A stretch of DNA of 64,000 nt from assembly GCA_053919585.1 (NCBI GenBank), contig CM132787.1. One strand, written 5' to 3'. Made by a program: the position numbers and the translations under genes. The stretch is from Euprymna scolopes. Taxonomy: Eukaryota. Positions 26,143 through 39,300 of this stretch are shown one piece after another (positions within the stretch are counted from its first letter, which is position 1; each line of letters opens with the position of its first letter). The notes below the pieces were generated by a model. The model saw only the letters and a list, made by a program, of their open reading frames with translations, did not search any database and was not told where the DNA came from.

Positions 26143-26758
26143 TTATCTATTTATTTATTTATTTTTTTTGCCCTGTCGGTAGGGCATGAGAACAAACCGA
26201 CTGCCCCCCTGCAGAGGGTAAAAATCCCTCAATGGGGTAACCAGTTAGCCGTGGGTTGCTACCCGTAAAGTCTTAGGACGTGATCCTGGTGATTGAGCGA
26301 ACCTAAACCAGGATACATAGAAGTTTAGGCACCGCAACACATTACTTTGGCCCTTACTTCGATTAGACGGGCGGTCGGAGAGGCCCGATCCGACCAATCG
26401 GCCAGTCACGCCAAGCCCCACCATATATTGCCCATTCCAAAAACTCACTACTAATAAAACACATCCCCCCTCTCCCACAAATAACCCTACTCCCTAATAT
26501 ATGATGGAAAGCGGTGGCTGAGGGTCAATCGATTAGGTGTGAATATCGATGACGAGGCTGTAAACCCCTCAGGATTGCTACAGATCCCATAGCAATATCA
26601 AGAGAGAACAGATAATCATTATGATACCACCAAAGTCGGTTATATCATCATTGTATCCCTGTAGAGGCTGGGCGAATGGGTTTACCCCCCAGGCTCTTCC
26701 CAAATAGGATTCCGAGGTGGGTGGGGAACAAAGATGACGAAAAAAGAAAACAAAATAT

Positions 26759-27994
26759 ATGGCTTATTCCTCCCAAAAACCACTCAACCACCCAAAGAGA
26801 ACCCACTCTGATGTCTCTGACATCAGTAGCTCTGACGAAGAGACGATAAAACCAAGGAACTCAACATTCGTAGTAATAGAATCAATGGAGGAAACTCCTT
26901 TGAGCAAACTATCACCTTTTAAAATTGAAAAAAATCTTAAAACTCTAAAACCAAAGTCTATTAAAAAACAATTTAACGGCAGCCTACTAATAGAAACCCA
27001 TAACGAAGAACAAACTAAAGAAATATTGAAACTAAAATTATTTGAAAACATCAAAGTCAAATGCTACAGACATCCAACCCTAAATACCTGCAAAGGAGTA
27101 GTGAAAAGTCACGAACTTGCACTTTGTCCCTTGGAGGAAATCAGGACAAACTTACAGAAACAGAATGTGTTAGATGTTCGCAGAGTTCAAATTAAAAAAA
27201 ACAGTGAGAAAATCGATACCAATACATATATACTAACTTTCGATTCCCTCACCATACCCAAAGAAGTGAAAGTCGGATATATGAAAATAAATGTAGAAAT
27301 TTATATTCCAAACCCCCTCCAATGCTTCAAGTGCCAGAAGTTTGGACACCATCAAGATCGGTGCACACGATTACCAGTGTGTGGAAGATGTGGAGAAAGT
27401 GGCCCACACATTGACTGCAGAAAAGATTTCAAGTGTGCCAACTGCCTGGGAAACCATGGCGCTGGCTCTAGATATTGCGAAATATGGAAAAGAGAAAAAG
27501 AAGTGACCAAACTAAAACATATAAAGAATATATCCTACCCAGAGGCCAGGAAAATCATCGAAACTAAAACATATGCAGATGCAACAAAAAAAACTAATCC
27601 AATCAACAATCAAAATGGTCATATACATGTAACGGATACAACTGACAAGAAAATTGATGTCCTAAGCAAACTAATAAAGGAAATGAAAGAACTATTAGAA
27701 GAAATGAGGAAAATGAATAGTGCAATGTCTGCAACCAATCCAAGGATAATATTAAGTAAAGACACTACTGAACCACAAAAAGAAACAAAACCACAAACCA
27801 TTTCTACAAAAACAACCGAACAACCATCAAACACATCACAAGCCAGAAAAGAATCAAAAATCCCCCCAGACAAAAAAAAAAAACAAACAAAAACAGGAAA
27901 AGAAAGATCCCGATCTATATCTCGAACAGGGACTCCGACAGAAAATAGATTTGAGGGATTGGAGACGATGGAAGTTGAACACAATTCCAAATGA
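26759..27994 (+). CDS. LINE ORF1, gag-like nucleic-acid-binding protein with three zinc knuckles
   Basis: Intact 411 aa; PNPLQCFKCQKFGHHQDRC, CGRCGESGPHIDC, CANCLGNHGAGSRYC. Confidence 0.9.
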   Translation: MAYSSQKPLNHPKRTHSDVSDISSSDEETIKPRNSTFVVIESMEETPLSKLSPFKIEKNLKTLKPKSIKKQFNGSLLIETHNEEQTKEILKLKLFENIKVKCYRHPTLNTCKGVVKSHELALCPLEEIRTNLQKQNVLDVRRVQIKKNSEKIDTNTYILTFDSLTIPKEVKVGYMKINVEIYIPNPLQCFKCQKFGHHQDRCTRLPVCGRCGESGPHIDCRKDFKCANCLGNHGAGSRYCEIWKREKEVTKLKHIKNISYPEARKIIETKTYADATKKTNPINNQNGHIHVTDTTDKKIDVLSKLIKEMKELLEEMRKMNSAMSATNPRIILSKDTTEPQKETKPQTISTKTTEQPSNTSQARKESKIPPDKKKKQTKTGKERSRSISRTGTPTENRFEGLETMEVEHNSK

Positions 27995-30900
27995 TGAACA
28001 AAATATTACAATGGAATATCAGAGGGATAAAAGCAAACCAAAATGAACTCACATTATTAATAACAAATATGAGCCCAGCACTTGTCTGTCTACAGGAGAC
28101 CTTTCTGAAAGAAAATAATACCATCAACATAAAACACTACACATCTTACAACTACATAAATAAAGATACGGACAGAGCTTCTGGAGGCACATCAATACTT
28201 GTGAAGAATGAAGTCCGTCAAAGACAAATAAATATAAACACAAACTTGCAAGCAATTGCAGTTTCAGTGACTCTACATAGAACTATAACACTTTGCTCAA
28301 TATACATCCCTCCAAAAGATACAATCAACGAAACTGAGATAACTCAATTAATAAAACAACTCCCTAAACCCTTTTTTCTACTAGGAGATCTCAACAGTCA
28401 CAATGTAATATGGGGAAGTAAAGAAACAAATAAAAAAGGAAAAGAAATAGAAAACATAATAAATAAAAATAATCTATGCCTCCTTAATAATCAAAACTAC
28501 ACCTATATGTACCCAGCAACAGGTACTTTCACCGCCATTGACCTTACCTTATGTGATCCTTCCATATATATGGACTATGACTGGAAAGTACACAATGACA
28601 CCTGTGGGAGTGATCATTTCCCAATCATCCTGGAAAGTCTAAGTACTAGCACTGAACAAAAAACACCCAAATGGAACCTACATAAAGCGGATTGGGAAGA
28701 CTTCCAGGAACAGTGCAAAAACCAATTAATTATCGAAAAGAATGATGAAGATGACCATTTGAATTACTTCATTAAAACACTCACAAACATAGCAAATAAT
28801 ACCATACCGAAAACAACCAAAACCAACAATCACAACAAACCTTGGTTCACAAAAGAATGCAGAAAAGCCATCAGAGCTCGACGAGCTGCCTTGAGAAAAT
28901 TCGAAAAGTATCCAACAAGCGAAAATCTGGATTTCTTCAAAAACAACAGAGCAAAAGCCAGACGAATCATAAAGGAATCCAAAAGAACAACTTGGAGAAA
29001 TTATATATCCAAAATTAATGTGAATACCAAGGCGAAAACAGTTTGGAACATGATGAGGAAAATAGAAGGAAAGTGTAGTAGTACACCAATATCCCACATC
29101 TCTAAAGGCAACAAAATATACACCGATCAAAAAGACATTTCCAATAACCTGGCAGATAATTTATCAAAAATTTCATCATGTGACAGACAAACAGAGAAAT
29201 TCAAAAAGATTAGAGAAAAGGAAGAGAAAAAGAAAATTCTATTTAAATCACAAAATACTGAAAAATACAACCAACCTCTTACCTTGCCTGAATTAAAAGA
29301 ATCGCTAACCAAATCCCATGACACAGCTACAGGGCCCGATGAAATTCCATATGAAATCCTCAAATAACTTCCAGAAACCTCAATGAAATACCTACTTGAA
29401 ATTTTCAACATTATATGGTCCAGTGGAAACGTACCCGAGACCTGGAAAGAGGCCACAATAATACCAATCCCCAAATCTGAAAACTCAAACATCCAATCCC
29501 AATCAAGTAACGTCTCAGATCCATTGAATTTCAGGCCAATAGCTCTAACAAGCTGCATTTGTAAGACCATGGAAAGGATTATAAACAAAAGACTAATCTG
29601 GTTCCTGGAAACAGAGAATCTTATTACAGAATTTCAAACAGGATTCAGGAAAAACCGAAGTTCAATAGACCACATAGTCAGACTTGAAACCTTCATCAGA
29701 GAAGCCTTTGTAAGGAAGGAACATTTAACAGCAGTGTTTTTTGACATGGAAAAAGCCTACGATACTGTGTGGAAGTACGGTGTTACAAGGGATCTGAAGG
29801 CACTTGGACTAAAAGGCAGAATGCCAATTTTTATTGAAAATTTTTTAAAAAATAGACGGTTCAGAATAAAGGTTGGCACAGCTCTCTCGGACTTGAAAAA
29901 ACAAGAGAATGGAGTACCTCAAGGGAGTATACTGTCAGTGACCCTGTTCAGTATCCGAATTAACAACATTGTAAAAAACCTTAACCCTGGGGTAGATTGC
30001 TCCCTATATGTGGATGACTTCCTAATATGCTGTAGATCTAGATATATATCTATAATAGAAAGGAAGCTTCAATTGTGCTTAAACAAAGTAATGAGATGGA
30101 CGGAAGAGAATGGATTTAGATTCTCCAAAAGAAAAACGAAATGCATGCATTTCTGCAAACTAAAGAACATGCATAATGATCCTGTCCTAACGATGGAAGG
30201 AATGCCCATACCCGTTACTGACCAGTACAAATTCTTAGGGATTTTATTTGACAAAAAGTTAACATTCATCCCACACATAAACTATCTGAAAAAAAAATGT
30301 AACAAAGCTGTAAATCTTTTGAGAGTGGTAGCACATACCGATTGGGGTGCAGACAGGGAAACACTCCTTAAACTTTACAGAGCACTAGTCCGCTCAAAGC
30401 TAGACTACGGTTGTTTCATATATGGATCAACCCGAACATCATATATAAAAAGCCTAGACCCTATTCACCATACTGGCCTAAGATTGGCCCTAGGAGCATA
30501 CAGAACTTCCCCCGTGAACAGTCTATACACGGAAGCACACGAACCCCCACTAGATCTAAGGCGAGAAAAGTTAGCCCTTCAATATTTACTGAAACTGAAG
30601 TCTTGCCCAAACAACCCTGCATACCAATGTACCTTCTATCCTAAATATGAAGAACTCTTTAACATGAGAAGAAAAACTATCAAAACGTTCGGGCTCCAAA
30701 TGAAGGAAAGCATTGAAGAATCGAAAATTCCAATCTCCAGCATTCACAACTTCATACTGCCTAAAACACCCCCATGGACCATGAAACAAGTTGAAATAAA
30801 ACTCAACCTAAACAAAAAGTTCAAATCTACCACAAATCCTATTGAATACCACGACGAACTTCAACATTTAAAATTACAATATTCAGACTACACCTTTATC

Positions 30901-31690
30901 TACACAGACGGGTCTAAAAGCAACAATCACACTGGATGTGCAGCAACGTACCATAAAACCACAATGAAGAGAAATCTTCAAAATAAAGCATCTATATTCA
31001 CTGCAGAGACTATAGCTATCGATCTAGCACTCAACATAATTTCAGAGGAAACCACCAAAAACTTCATCATTCTCACAGATTCTCTATCAGTCCTATTATC
31101 TATACAAAATCAAAAACAAGAAAATCCACTAACAACAAAATTAATAGAAAAAAATCAATATCCTTTCAACTACTAAAAACATTATTCTTGTCTGGATCCC
31201 CAGCCATGTGGGGATCAAAGGCAATGACAGGGCAGATATAGCTGCAAAAAGATCTTCTCACCTTCCAACTGACAATTTTAAGATTCCACATACTGATCTT
31301 AGACCCCAGATAAAAGCATACATACAGGAAAAATGGCAACTGCGGTGGAGTCAGCAAGAGGGCAACAAATTATACTCAATCAAACCTGAACTTAAGGAAC
31401 GATGTCCGGACATCAAGAGATCACGCCGAGAAGATGTGATACTGACTCGGCTGCGCATAGGGCACACCAACTTTACTCATTCTTATATACTAAATGGAGA
31501 ATCGGCGCCAGAGTGCATCCCATGCCAGGAGACACTCACAGTAAAACATATCCTAGTTGGGTGTGATGACCTTGCCCCAACTAGAAAATTATAGTATACA
31601 GAAAGCAATATGGAAGACCTTTTTGAAAAGGTCAACTCAGCAAATATTCTAGCATACCTAAGGAAAATAAATTTATATAAGAAAATTTAA
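27991..31690 (+). pseudogene. LINE ORF2 (AP endonuclease, RT, RNase H, C-terminal CCHC) with three lesions
   Basis: WNIRG, CLQET, GDLNSH, SDHFP; QGSILS, YVDD; YTDGSK, TDSLS, WIPSHVGIKGNDRAD. Stop at 29365-29367, frameshift in the A-run near 31150, stop at 31592-31594; natural end ...INLYKKI* at 31690. Confidence 0.9.
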
Positions 31691-33394
31691 GGAAATTTAA
31701 AGTCACCCAAATATACACATCCATGTATAAATACAACATTTAATTTCCTAGTTCCATTTTATAAAAAAAAGGGAGGAAAGGCTGAAAAAGTCATTCCCCC
31801 CCTCCCAATAAAAAAAGTTAAAAAAAAAAAAAAAAAAAGGACTCCGGCATTAAATGACCACATAGGTTGATATGCCGTAAAACCAATCAATCAATCAATC
31901 AAACAATCTAAAAAAAAAAAACCTGCCATCACGTTTCCGATAAGAAACATAAGCAGAGGCTGAAGAGAATTCAGTATTTTTCAACCATAAACTGGTCTCC
32001 TTATATTGGATTCAAGACTGATGGTACCAATGTTTTTCTGACCTTCTGTAAAATTTTTGCATAAATAAATAATATATATATATATGTTTCAATTACCACA
32101 TGCATTCCAACTGGTTGATCTGTTTGACACCTGCACTTGTTGTATGTTGAAGGGAAAAGTTCCCGGTAATTAGAGAAATGAAGTAATTATGATTAAAGGT
32201 AATTATCAAAGCAGAAGCTGGAATTGAACTCTGTGATCAAAAGTTAAAAATAAATATATATTGTCATTAGATGCGATTCCAGGAATGTAGTGAATTGTCC
32301 ATTATAGTAGAAATAACTATACAACAAAGTTAGGTCAGAACAGGTAGAATGGGGCAATGGAAATTAAGGAATGTTTTTTGTGTTGCTAGAACATGTGTTG
32401 GAAGCATATGCAATAATCCACGTGCAAAAACATTCACATGCTTTGCCATGTTCTGATGTCACAAAGAAATATAAATTCAATATATAAAGTTAGTCGAGAA
32501 AGTGGGAGTTAAGAAGAAAGTAAGCCAGTGTTCAGTTCCGGTTGAGTTAGACTAAGCCCTTTCGAAAGTGAGGCAGAAAGGGGAAGACAAAATGTGGAAA
32601 TCTAACGCGGCATCGGATTTTCATCATATCAATCACCAGCTGGAAATAAGTTTCATGTTTGTAAGCCTTTGTCTTCATCGTCATTTCAATAAGGTAATGT
32701 GTTGTCTTCTAGTGTGTGAGTTCCATATAGAAACGTTTATTTAATTTGAATAAAATAAAATATGCATCAAGTGTAAATCAACGTAATATTAGGAAAATAA
32801 ACAAATATTTTACTTGTTTGAAATTTATAACATAAATATATTTCGGAGCTATACTCCATCCTCAGTATGTTGTTTTTTCTTTTCTTCCTTGCCATGTTGT
32901 AAAGTTGGAGAAAGAAAAGTCTGTAAGGAGCCGCGCGTTGTATCTCAGCAGTCATATTTTGAAATGTTGGAACAGTGCGTAGACAACGCGAGAATAGCAT
33001 CAAGGGTGTGAGTTCCATATAGAAATGTTGATTTAATTTTTCTATTATATAACATCACGCTGTTCCATCATCTTGAATATTGAACTTTTATATAAAACCC
33101 CTTTCAAAGTGTTAACTGCATCCCCCTCATCAATAATGTATTTCTTCTCTGCGTTTTAAAAAGAACTATTATTCATCTCTTCACCTATACCAGCTGTTCT
33201 ATTATAAATGTGAATCCCTCCAAGTAATTGTCTCATTGTCGTTGCTGTGTAACCACGTAATATTATAAATGTCTTCTCATCCCCATTATGCATCCCTCCA
33301 CTAGGAACCCCTCACTACACAACACACTGTGCTTAAAAATAACTTTGGTGTTGATGCATCAAAATCAAACTCACAAAACTAATTTGGATTCATC

Positions 33395-33588
33395 GGACTA
33401 CTGTTCTCATCTTGAGTGGTTTTCACAACGTTTTAGTCAATGTAACCTCTGGCGTACCTCAGGTGTATCTTGTTGAACTCGGGAATTTGGACAAAATTTC
33501 AAGTAGAATCCTTAATTTACTTCACGTAGGTATATATGTATTGTATTATAAACAATAGATAATATATACAAGTAATAAGTAAAAAACA

Positions 33589-33648
<60 letters not shown>

Positions 33649-34025
33649 GTGATATTTACAACTAGAAGTAAAATAGGTTTCAGGCTCCTAAAATTTATAC
33701 CAGAATTGTCCGCAGTGGTTAGAGTATTTAGAAAAATCAATTGTAAAAAGCGACCTTTTTCTGAAGGTTAACAGTTCAATCCTCAGTGTGCAGGTGACTG
33801 AAAAAAAAATACAATTGCAAATTACTTAGGATCTCTATCCAGTCAGGGCTGACAGAAGAAGAGCATGCTACTCCTGTGAAATAAATAAAGGGTTCCAATC
33901 GAAATTCCATCCAAATTCCCGAGTTCGACAGAAACATTCCCGAGTTCAACAAGATAATACACCTGAAGAAGATCGGAGGTTACATCGACCGAAACGTGGA
34001 AATCCCACTCAAGATGAGAACTCTT
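33395..34025. repeat. Penelope-pLTR-like repeat pair: inverted partial copy (33395-33530) and forward copy (33690-34025) around (TA)n
   Basis: Forward copy carries cac-CTGAAGAa-gatcgg...tcgacc-GAAAcgt (33959-33997), a minimal hammerhead-like core. Confidence 0.65.
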
Positions 34026-34202
34026 GCTTCCCTTATTTTGTCTTTTATTCCTTTTTTCCTTCTCCATATTAAAAACCAACCTTTTGTCTAACTTTCCTCT
34101 TGTAGAATGGCAAGTAAATAAGAGAGCCTATTTTTACATATAGTTAGGGGAGGGAAATAGTTATACCTTTCTCAAGAGTATTAGAAAATCTGACTTTTTT
34201 AG

Positions 34203-34432
34203 AATCACTTCTAAACTTAGGCCACTAATAGTGGATTCAAGGTTGCACAATCATCAACTGTACTTGTCTTTACCTAGCATTGCTGAAAAGTTCAATGACA
34301 GGGAGGAAAACTCCCAGAATACTAGACGTAAATGATCATCCATCCAAGTACTGACCAAACGAAGTATTGCTTAACTAATGATCTGCCGAGAATTGATGTT
34401 TAAATATTTTTGCTACTGAGTATTCATAAAAC
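34203..34432 (-). mobile_element. 5S rRNA-derived SINE
   Basis: Minus strand ttctcggcagatcattagttaagcaa...ggtcagtacttggatgg, followed by a body shared with 21602-22128. Confidence 0.7.
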
Positions 34433-34481
34433 ATTTCATTAATTACATATTTGAAAAAATAAAAATAAACAAAAGATAGAT

Positions 34482-34516
<35 letters not shown>

Positions 34517-35424
34517 TTGATTTTAACAGTGTAAGTTCCAGTTCAGAACTATTTGGCAAATATACCTGTTGAAGAAAATGAAAATAATTGCACTTAAAGG
34601 GGCAGTTAGAATCTTAAAAAGATCTCTTTGTTGGAGTGTCTGAAATAGCGGGTCAATGTCTGGCATTCGGTAAAAGCAAAGAAAATTGAAAACCAGAGGA
34701 CAAGAAATGCTAAATCCTCCCTTGATTTTCACTAAAGCACTGTAAGCCAGGCAGCTGTAAGATTACCACGTTTCCACCTAGCATGATGAGGAAGGCTTGG
34801 GCTTGGCAATCTTGGCAACAGATTGTTATGCAGCTTAATGTGTGTCAGTAATCATGCTCGAGAACTGAATGAATGCATATGAGTTGCAATCTGTTACATT
34901 GTGTCTGACTCTGCTTGAAAAGTTGTTCTATGTAAGGTTGGGATTAACTCCTGTCGATAATACACCTTTTCTTAAAATTTATTTTCTCCTTGTATTAGTT
35001 GGAAGATATATGGTCTCTCTAATCAGAAATTTAAATGTAATGTGAATAACCATCTGCTCAAGTCCCCACTCTGGTTGCCTCTTCCCCTCTTTGAAACTGC
35101 CCCTTACATTTTAGTTAGAAAATTGTTTATTGTTTTGTTTTTGTTTTTTTACAGTTTTTTTTTACATTTGTGGGGGGGGGGGCAAATAAAAGTACAAAAT
35201 TAATGAAAAGTAAAAAAAATCTTAAATAAGTATTTTGATTAAAATGTTAAAATACTGAACTGACTTTTGCACAGAAAATTATCTCTGAATTAAGTAAATA
35301 CATTCTTTTGATATTAGGTTTCACAAACTTGCCACTTATGCAAGCAGAAATAGGTTAACTCACCCATTCTTAATTTCAACTTGATAACTTTTTCTTTTGG
35401 CTTTTAGGTTAATCTTTTGCATTA

Positions 35425-35925
35425 CTTGGATTATTCAGATTACTGTTCTCATCTTGAGTATCATTTTCACAGCATCAATGTAACCTTCGACCTTCCTTAG
35501 GCGTATCTTGTCGAACTCAGAAATGTTTCTGTCAAACTCAGGAATGTGGATGAAATTTCCACCGGAACCTTTTATTTACGTCACGGGAGTAGCATGCTCT
35601 TGTTCCGTCAGCCATGACTGGATAGAGTTCCTAAGTAATTTGCAATTGTATTTTTCAGTCGCCTACACTGAAAATTGAACCTTAAAAAGAATATCACTTT
35701 TTCAATTGATTTTTCCAAGTACTCTAACCACTGCGCCATGGATCTTTGCGGACAAATTCCATCCAAATTCCCAAGTTCGGCAGAAACATTCTAGAGTTCG
35801 ACAAGATACACCTGAAGAATGTTGGATGTTATATCAACCAAAGCATTGTGAAAATAATACTGAAGATGAGAACAGTAGTCCGAATAATGCGAATAATCAA
35901 TCCTCATCTCAAAAATTTAGAAAGT
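35425..35925. repeat. Foldback pair of the same Penelope-pLTR-like repeat (reverse long copy then forward 3' copy)
   Basis: 35430-35560 is the inverted repeat of 35755-35890; 35560-35750 is the reverse complement of 33700-33900. Confidence 0.7.
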
Positions 35926-36341
35926 AATATTTAATTTTTTCTCTTTGTGAATGTGCACTTCTTTTTCTTGCGTCATTTTGTTTTGTTGTTTTTATTGTTA
36001 TTTCTAGTGACGGGTGATTTATTGTTTAATATTGATGTTTTTTAACTTATAGCAAACGTTTATCTTTATATGCGTAAAACAGCCCAATCTTAAATAAAAA
36101 AAAATGTCCACTTGTTAATATGATGAACTAATAAGGTTTTAAGTTGTCTTAAAATAAATCAAATTTAGAAACTTTAGTGAAAGAAATTTTTGCTTTATTA
36201 TCCAATTGTTTCTGTCTGTTTTTACATTGTTCACATCTGAGTTTTTTTGGGGTTTTTTGTTTTTGTTAGTCATCTCTACTATTATATAAAAGCCACTTTG
36301 TATGTATGTGTGTGTGTGTGCTCACGTGTGAGTTTTTTTCT

Positions 36342-39300
36342 TATAGGTTATAAGCCATGTTTAGTTTCAGAACAGTTCTACACAAGTCTTGGAGGTGACT
36401 GGTTCTCAGTAGACAGTGAGTTGGAAGCCACAAAAGATTCTTCCTGTGTTGACACGAAGAAAACATATGCAAAATTATTACAGAAAAGGTTTAATTTTTA
36501 TGGAACAACTCTGGTTTCTGATTAGTTGGTAGCAGAACGTGAATTAATTTGATTTGTCAGTTCCTTGCAGCATCGTTTATAAATAGAATCTCCCGACTGT
36601 GCGGGATCATACCCCATTATCACCCAAAAGTATTACAACACCCCTCCCTATTTTTGATAATGGGGAAGTCCTTTTGGTTCATTCTGCTCAAAAATAAATA
36701 TATATTTTATATTCAATTATACATAATTAAATTAGAAATCATTTGGATCTTAAAATGTAAGCATGTAAAAAGAAGCCATTTTTAATTCTGTTCAAACGTC
36801 AAACCTACATATATATGTGTACAGAAAAGAGAAATAAAAGAAATCGATTTTTATGTTTACCTTAAAAAGGGGTAGACATGTGAAAAAGGGAGCCATTTCT
36901 TAAATTTGATTATGCAGTTTTGTCCCAAAACGCATACATATATACATATAAATAAATATAATGCAATATGTATCTGTTAAAAAGAGTTGTTTTTTTTTTT
37001 TTTGTTAATTAAAGCAATACAAAACAGTAGGACATTTTTGATAAATAAGAAAGAAAACTAATGTACGTAAAAAGTAAAAGTCAATTGTAATTTATGCGCG
37101 CCTTAAAATAAGCTTGCAAAATGTATTTGTCAAAAAGAAAATGTACAAAGAAAATGTTTTCAAAAAAGTGATTTTTTTTTTACGTTTTTTTTTTATTATG
37201 CATTAGTAGCTTAAAGTGTTAATACAAACAAAATGGATGCAGTTTAATGTCTTGCTCAGGACACTTTTTTTTTTCAATTTATAGAAATTTATATATACAC
37301 ATACATACACATAGGCCCGTGAAAAGTCAAATCCCCCAACAAGTTTTGAGACAAAATGCTTTAAATTTATTCTTGTTGCGGGTTTCATGAATACATCAGC
37401 GATATTTTGTTCTGATTGTAATTCAAAATAATGGATTCCTTTTTTACCTTGTTTTTTATGAATATGCTTAGATCTTTGGTGGATTATTGTGTTCTGTGCT
37501 AAGACTATACTGGCTTGATTATCACAATTAATTACTATGGAGCTTTTAATTAATTCTGGCTCTAAAATAGTCTTCAGGATATTTTTAAGGTAGAGTGCTT
37601 CTTGGGTCATGTGTGTGATCGCGATAAATTCTGCTTCACACATAGCGAGAGATACCATCTGTTGCTTTTTAGATTTCCATGAAATAATAGACTCATTTTC
37701 TAATAGTCTGAAACAATATCCAGATATACTTTTTCGATCTTTGTCGTTTCCACAATCTTAATCTGAAAATCCTTCTAATTTTAGAGGATTTTTTGATTTT
37801 TTAAATACTAAATTCTGTTCCTTAGTTCCTTTTAAATTACAAAGGACTTGTTTAGCTCTGTTTAAATCCTTCATTGTCAGTCTTGATAATTTTTGTGATA
37901 GTTTTGTTACTGTATGATATATAGTCTCGTCGCAGTCATTAAATATGTAAGACTTCCTATGATTTCTCGGTATAATTCATCGTCTATTATTTCAGATTCT
38001 GTGTATATATTTTTATTAATATCATTTTCGACCGATGTAGAGCATTTCTTGCACTCTCCCATTCCAAATTTTAATAGTATTTTCTCAATGTATCTTGATT
38101 GATTCATCGTAATAAGTCCTTTCCTTTGAGTAAATTCTATTCCCAAAAACCAAGATATTTTGCCAAAATCAGTCATTTTGAATCTTTTATTTAATCTGTC
38201 TTTAACATCGGTTAACATTATGTCACAATTTGATGCAATTAAAATATCATTGACACATAAAACCAAAATCAGTAGTTTGTCTTTGTGTTGGGTATATAAG
38301 CATGGGCATTGTTTAAATTGTTGTTTAATCATATAATCATGAAATACTGTATTAAAACACTGAGCATTCTGCTTCAGACCGTACAATGATTTGTGAAGTC
38401 ACCGCATGCTATTTTTATTTTTCATTATTAATCTCTCTGGAGGGGTAATATAAACTTTACAGTCTATTGAGGCCTTCAAATAAGCATTTTTTATGTTCAT
38501 TTGATGAATGTTTAGGTCATATTGCAATGCGATTTACAATAAAATTCTGATTGTCATTAGGTTTGTGTTCGGTGAAAACGTAGAAAAATATTCTATACCG
38601 TAAATCTGAGAGTATCCTTTAGCTACAAATCTGGTTTTGTACTGTTCAACACCTGATGCTGTAGTCTTTTTTGTAAAGACCCATCTTGTAGAAATAACAT
38701 GTTTATCTTTTGGGAGAGATACCACCGTATAGGTATCATTTTCGGTCGAAGCATCTATTTTATTTTTCATAGCTAATTTCCATTGATCACAATTTTCTGA
38801 ATTGCTTCATTAAAGCTTTTTGCCATATGATCCATGGAATAGCAGTAGTCAAGTTGATAATCTTTCATAATCAACTACAAAAAAATCGAGCTGTCTTCTA
38901 TTTCTTTTTGGGGTATCTTTCGACTCTAACATCATCATCATGATCATCTTGTCCCCGTCATTTTTATTGTTTTCATTTGTTTTAATAATTTGAGGAAATA
39001 TAATTACATCCTCTTCATATGACGGGGTTTCGTCTTTAAAATTAAACGTGTCTCTGAATTTTACACATCGGATTCTTTTTATTTTATTTTTCTCTGGAAA
39101 AAATACTAAATTGGCTGGACTGTTTTTATCATATCCAAGAAATATACCTCTATTGATTTTAATATTTAATTCACTCTTTTTATCTATATATGCGAAGCAA
39201 GTTGAACCAAATACATGCATTCTGCTTAAATTTGGTTTTCTACCACAGAAAACTTCATATGGGGTTTTAGATAGTGTTTTGTTAAAGCACCTGTTGCATA

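Larger units (their letters stand above)
26170..31902 (+). mobile_element. Near full-length I-group (Nimb-like) LINE
   Basis: Structured 5' UTR, ORF1, ORF2 (APE-RT-RNase H-CCHC) and a 3' tail ending in (caat)n. Confidence 0.92.
25555..32048. mobile_element. Tc1/mariner-type MITE with ~135-bp TIRs (25555-25690, 31921-32048), split by a 6.2-kb retro-insertion
   Basis: ta|cagaaggttagaaacacattggtacc...ggaaacagtgat is the inverted repeat of atcacgtttcc...ggtaccaatgtttttctgaccttctg|ta. Confidence 0.75.

Noticed and set aside
26764-30789. Antisense and alternative-frame ORFs over the LINE (and likewise over the copia and CR1 copies)
   Set aside because: Shadow ORFs of A-rich coding strands with no independent motifs.
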